A model generated the notes under the pieces. It was not told the DNA's origin. It made no database searches and saw nothing but the letters and a program-made list of their open reading frames with translations. From Lytechinus pictus (lineage: Eukaryota), in the NCBI RefSeq assembly GCF_037042905.1, contig NC_087251.1, positions 41,480,001-41,544,000 of the forward strand: 64,000 nucleotides of DNA, written 5' to 3'. This document shows, one piece after another, positions 62,214 to 64,000 of the stretch. The translations under genes and the position numbers were made by a program. How positions within the stretch are numbered: position 1 is the stretch's first letter; each line of letters starts with the position of its first letter.

Positions 62214-64000
62214 TGAGTATTCTCATATCAATGCTGATGTTGCTTCTTGTTGCATTTTTGTGTAGACTCTAGAATTGATAGGTCGAAGTGAGACATCCGA
62301 GGTCTATTTATAAAGAGACAATTTACAGTATGATTTGAGATTGTAGATATTTAGTGGGTAAATGTGCATGTAGGGAAAGCGATTTTCCGCAATCGCGGAA
62401 AACAGACGGAATTCATAGAATCAGCCTTTTGAAATGGAAAGTGGCTTTTCAAACGGAAAATCACGGAGAACATATTTTTTCTCAAAATGCACAGAATAGC
62501 AACAGAAATTACACCTAAATCCTCAACGAAATACGAATATCAACTGGTAAAAAAAAACGATCTCACTTCGCTACAACAATCATGACAATCCACACATCAT
62601 GTCTGCGCTCAAGCCCCTCCATCACTCAATCGTATCAAAATTATCGTATAAAAAAGTATCGATTTCCAATAGAAAAATCGCAATATTGATAAAATTTTGT
62701 AGTTTTTTCCATCATCAAAAAAATAGAATAGTAAATTGCAAAATGTAAAAAATTTGGCTATTTTTAAACAATTCATCTTTCCTGTGTCTACTAAAAGCAA
62801 ACAAGGTCCCAGAGGTCTCTTTTAACTTTTGAATAGTTGATTAATGTTTAAATCAACAGAAAATCATTGTTAAATTTTATGCCATTCATCAATTTTAGAG
62901 AAATCTCTCTTCAGATTTGTGTGATTTCTTTACCATTATCAGTGTCATGTCCGTTACGTTTTTCACTTAAAGTTTTCACAGCTTACAGGAAATTTGTCTA
63001 TTGGTACTGCAGATTCAGATTCTATGTTAGAATTAAACCCCCTACCATGTGTAGCAATCATTTTCCCTTACCACTTCTCATTTTCATAAAAATGGCGTAA
63101 CGGACATGACAATTCGCGTAACGGACATGACGCCTTATATATGACAAAAGGCAGCATTCACAAAAACAAAATATTAGGCTCAGTGTCACAGACTGAGGTC
63201 AGTCTCAATTGCTTGAGGATAGCTGGATGTAATAACTCCTAGAATCTGCATGTCATTCAAGCAATTTTTAGAACTGGTGAATGATGAAAGTTCAGCTCTT
63301 GTTCTGGTAGATTTTTCTGAGAATTAACGGTATGCCACATAATATTAGGATAAGATGCAGCTAGATCTGGCAACATACTCAGATCACAATCTGCATCATT
63401 TGTGTTTGAACAATATAATTGATTATCTTAGGTGTTTGCACTGACAGTTTGAAGCATGATAAAACTCCAACTTGTGAATTCATGAGATCATTGATGATAT
63501 TGCTTCAAAGTATCTGGCTTTCACCAACCTCTACTTCTGCAGTGATGGCATGGGCTCAAATTTAAAAACAAGTTTGTATTGATTCAGATATCTGTGTTAC
63601 ATGATGTAGCTCTATGAATCCAGGAATCTACAGTGGCACTTCTTTGCAATATCACAAAGCAAAGGGGCTGTGGAAGGAATGTGGCGCGATAAAAAATTAT
63701 GTCATAGTATTTTGGTCAGCCATAATCACAATTTGAATGATGTATCTTCATTTGTACACAAGCAGCCACATTTGTCCGCAAGCAAGATCGTAAGATTTAG
63801 AACATTCAAGATTTGATGAAAGGATGATTATACTCAGGATGATATTTATTTTGAATAAAAAATCATCTCAGAAGCGATTTAAAAACATTCCGATTACCTT
63901 TCAACTCATACAAAATCGATAATGAAAGACTGGTTTCCAGGTACTGCTATTAAATTTTGAAATACTTTTTGATATCATTTTTTTTAAACCTTAAAACTGA

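Overview
AT-rich, intron-rich animal genomic DNA. The repeat families look echinoid (sea-urchin-like), which is an inference. Two spliced genes can be rebuilt with consistent GT-AG phases. The first is the 3' part of a PPP4R4 (PP4 regulatory subunit 4) orthologue on the + strand: 12 exons, 953-19312, 533 aa visible. The second is a complete 7-exon, 833-aa C2H2 zinc-finger gene on the - strand (42045-32398), converging on PPP4R4. A third, + strand transcript may start head-to-head with the zinc-finger gene, but only non-coding-looking exons are visible. The rest is dominated by non-autonomous DNA transposons (piggyBac-, Kolobok-, Harbinger-, Tc1/mariner-, P-, hAT-, Academ- and Helentron-like), tRNA-derived SINEs and LINE 3' fragments. 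Four observations stand out: a near-perfect 322-bp intronic palindrome carrying CCAAT + TATA and a minimal type I hammerhead ribozyme (Penelope/retrozyme-like); a 76-bp tandem array that copies a PPP4R4 exon end plus its splice donor 11 times; candidate 6-nt and 3-nt microexons with a dense TGCATG (Rbfox) cluster; and a 2.8-kb foldback element built from ~177-bp subrepeats.
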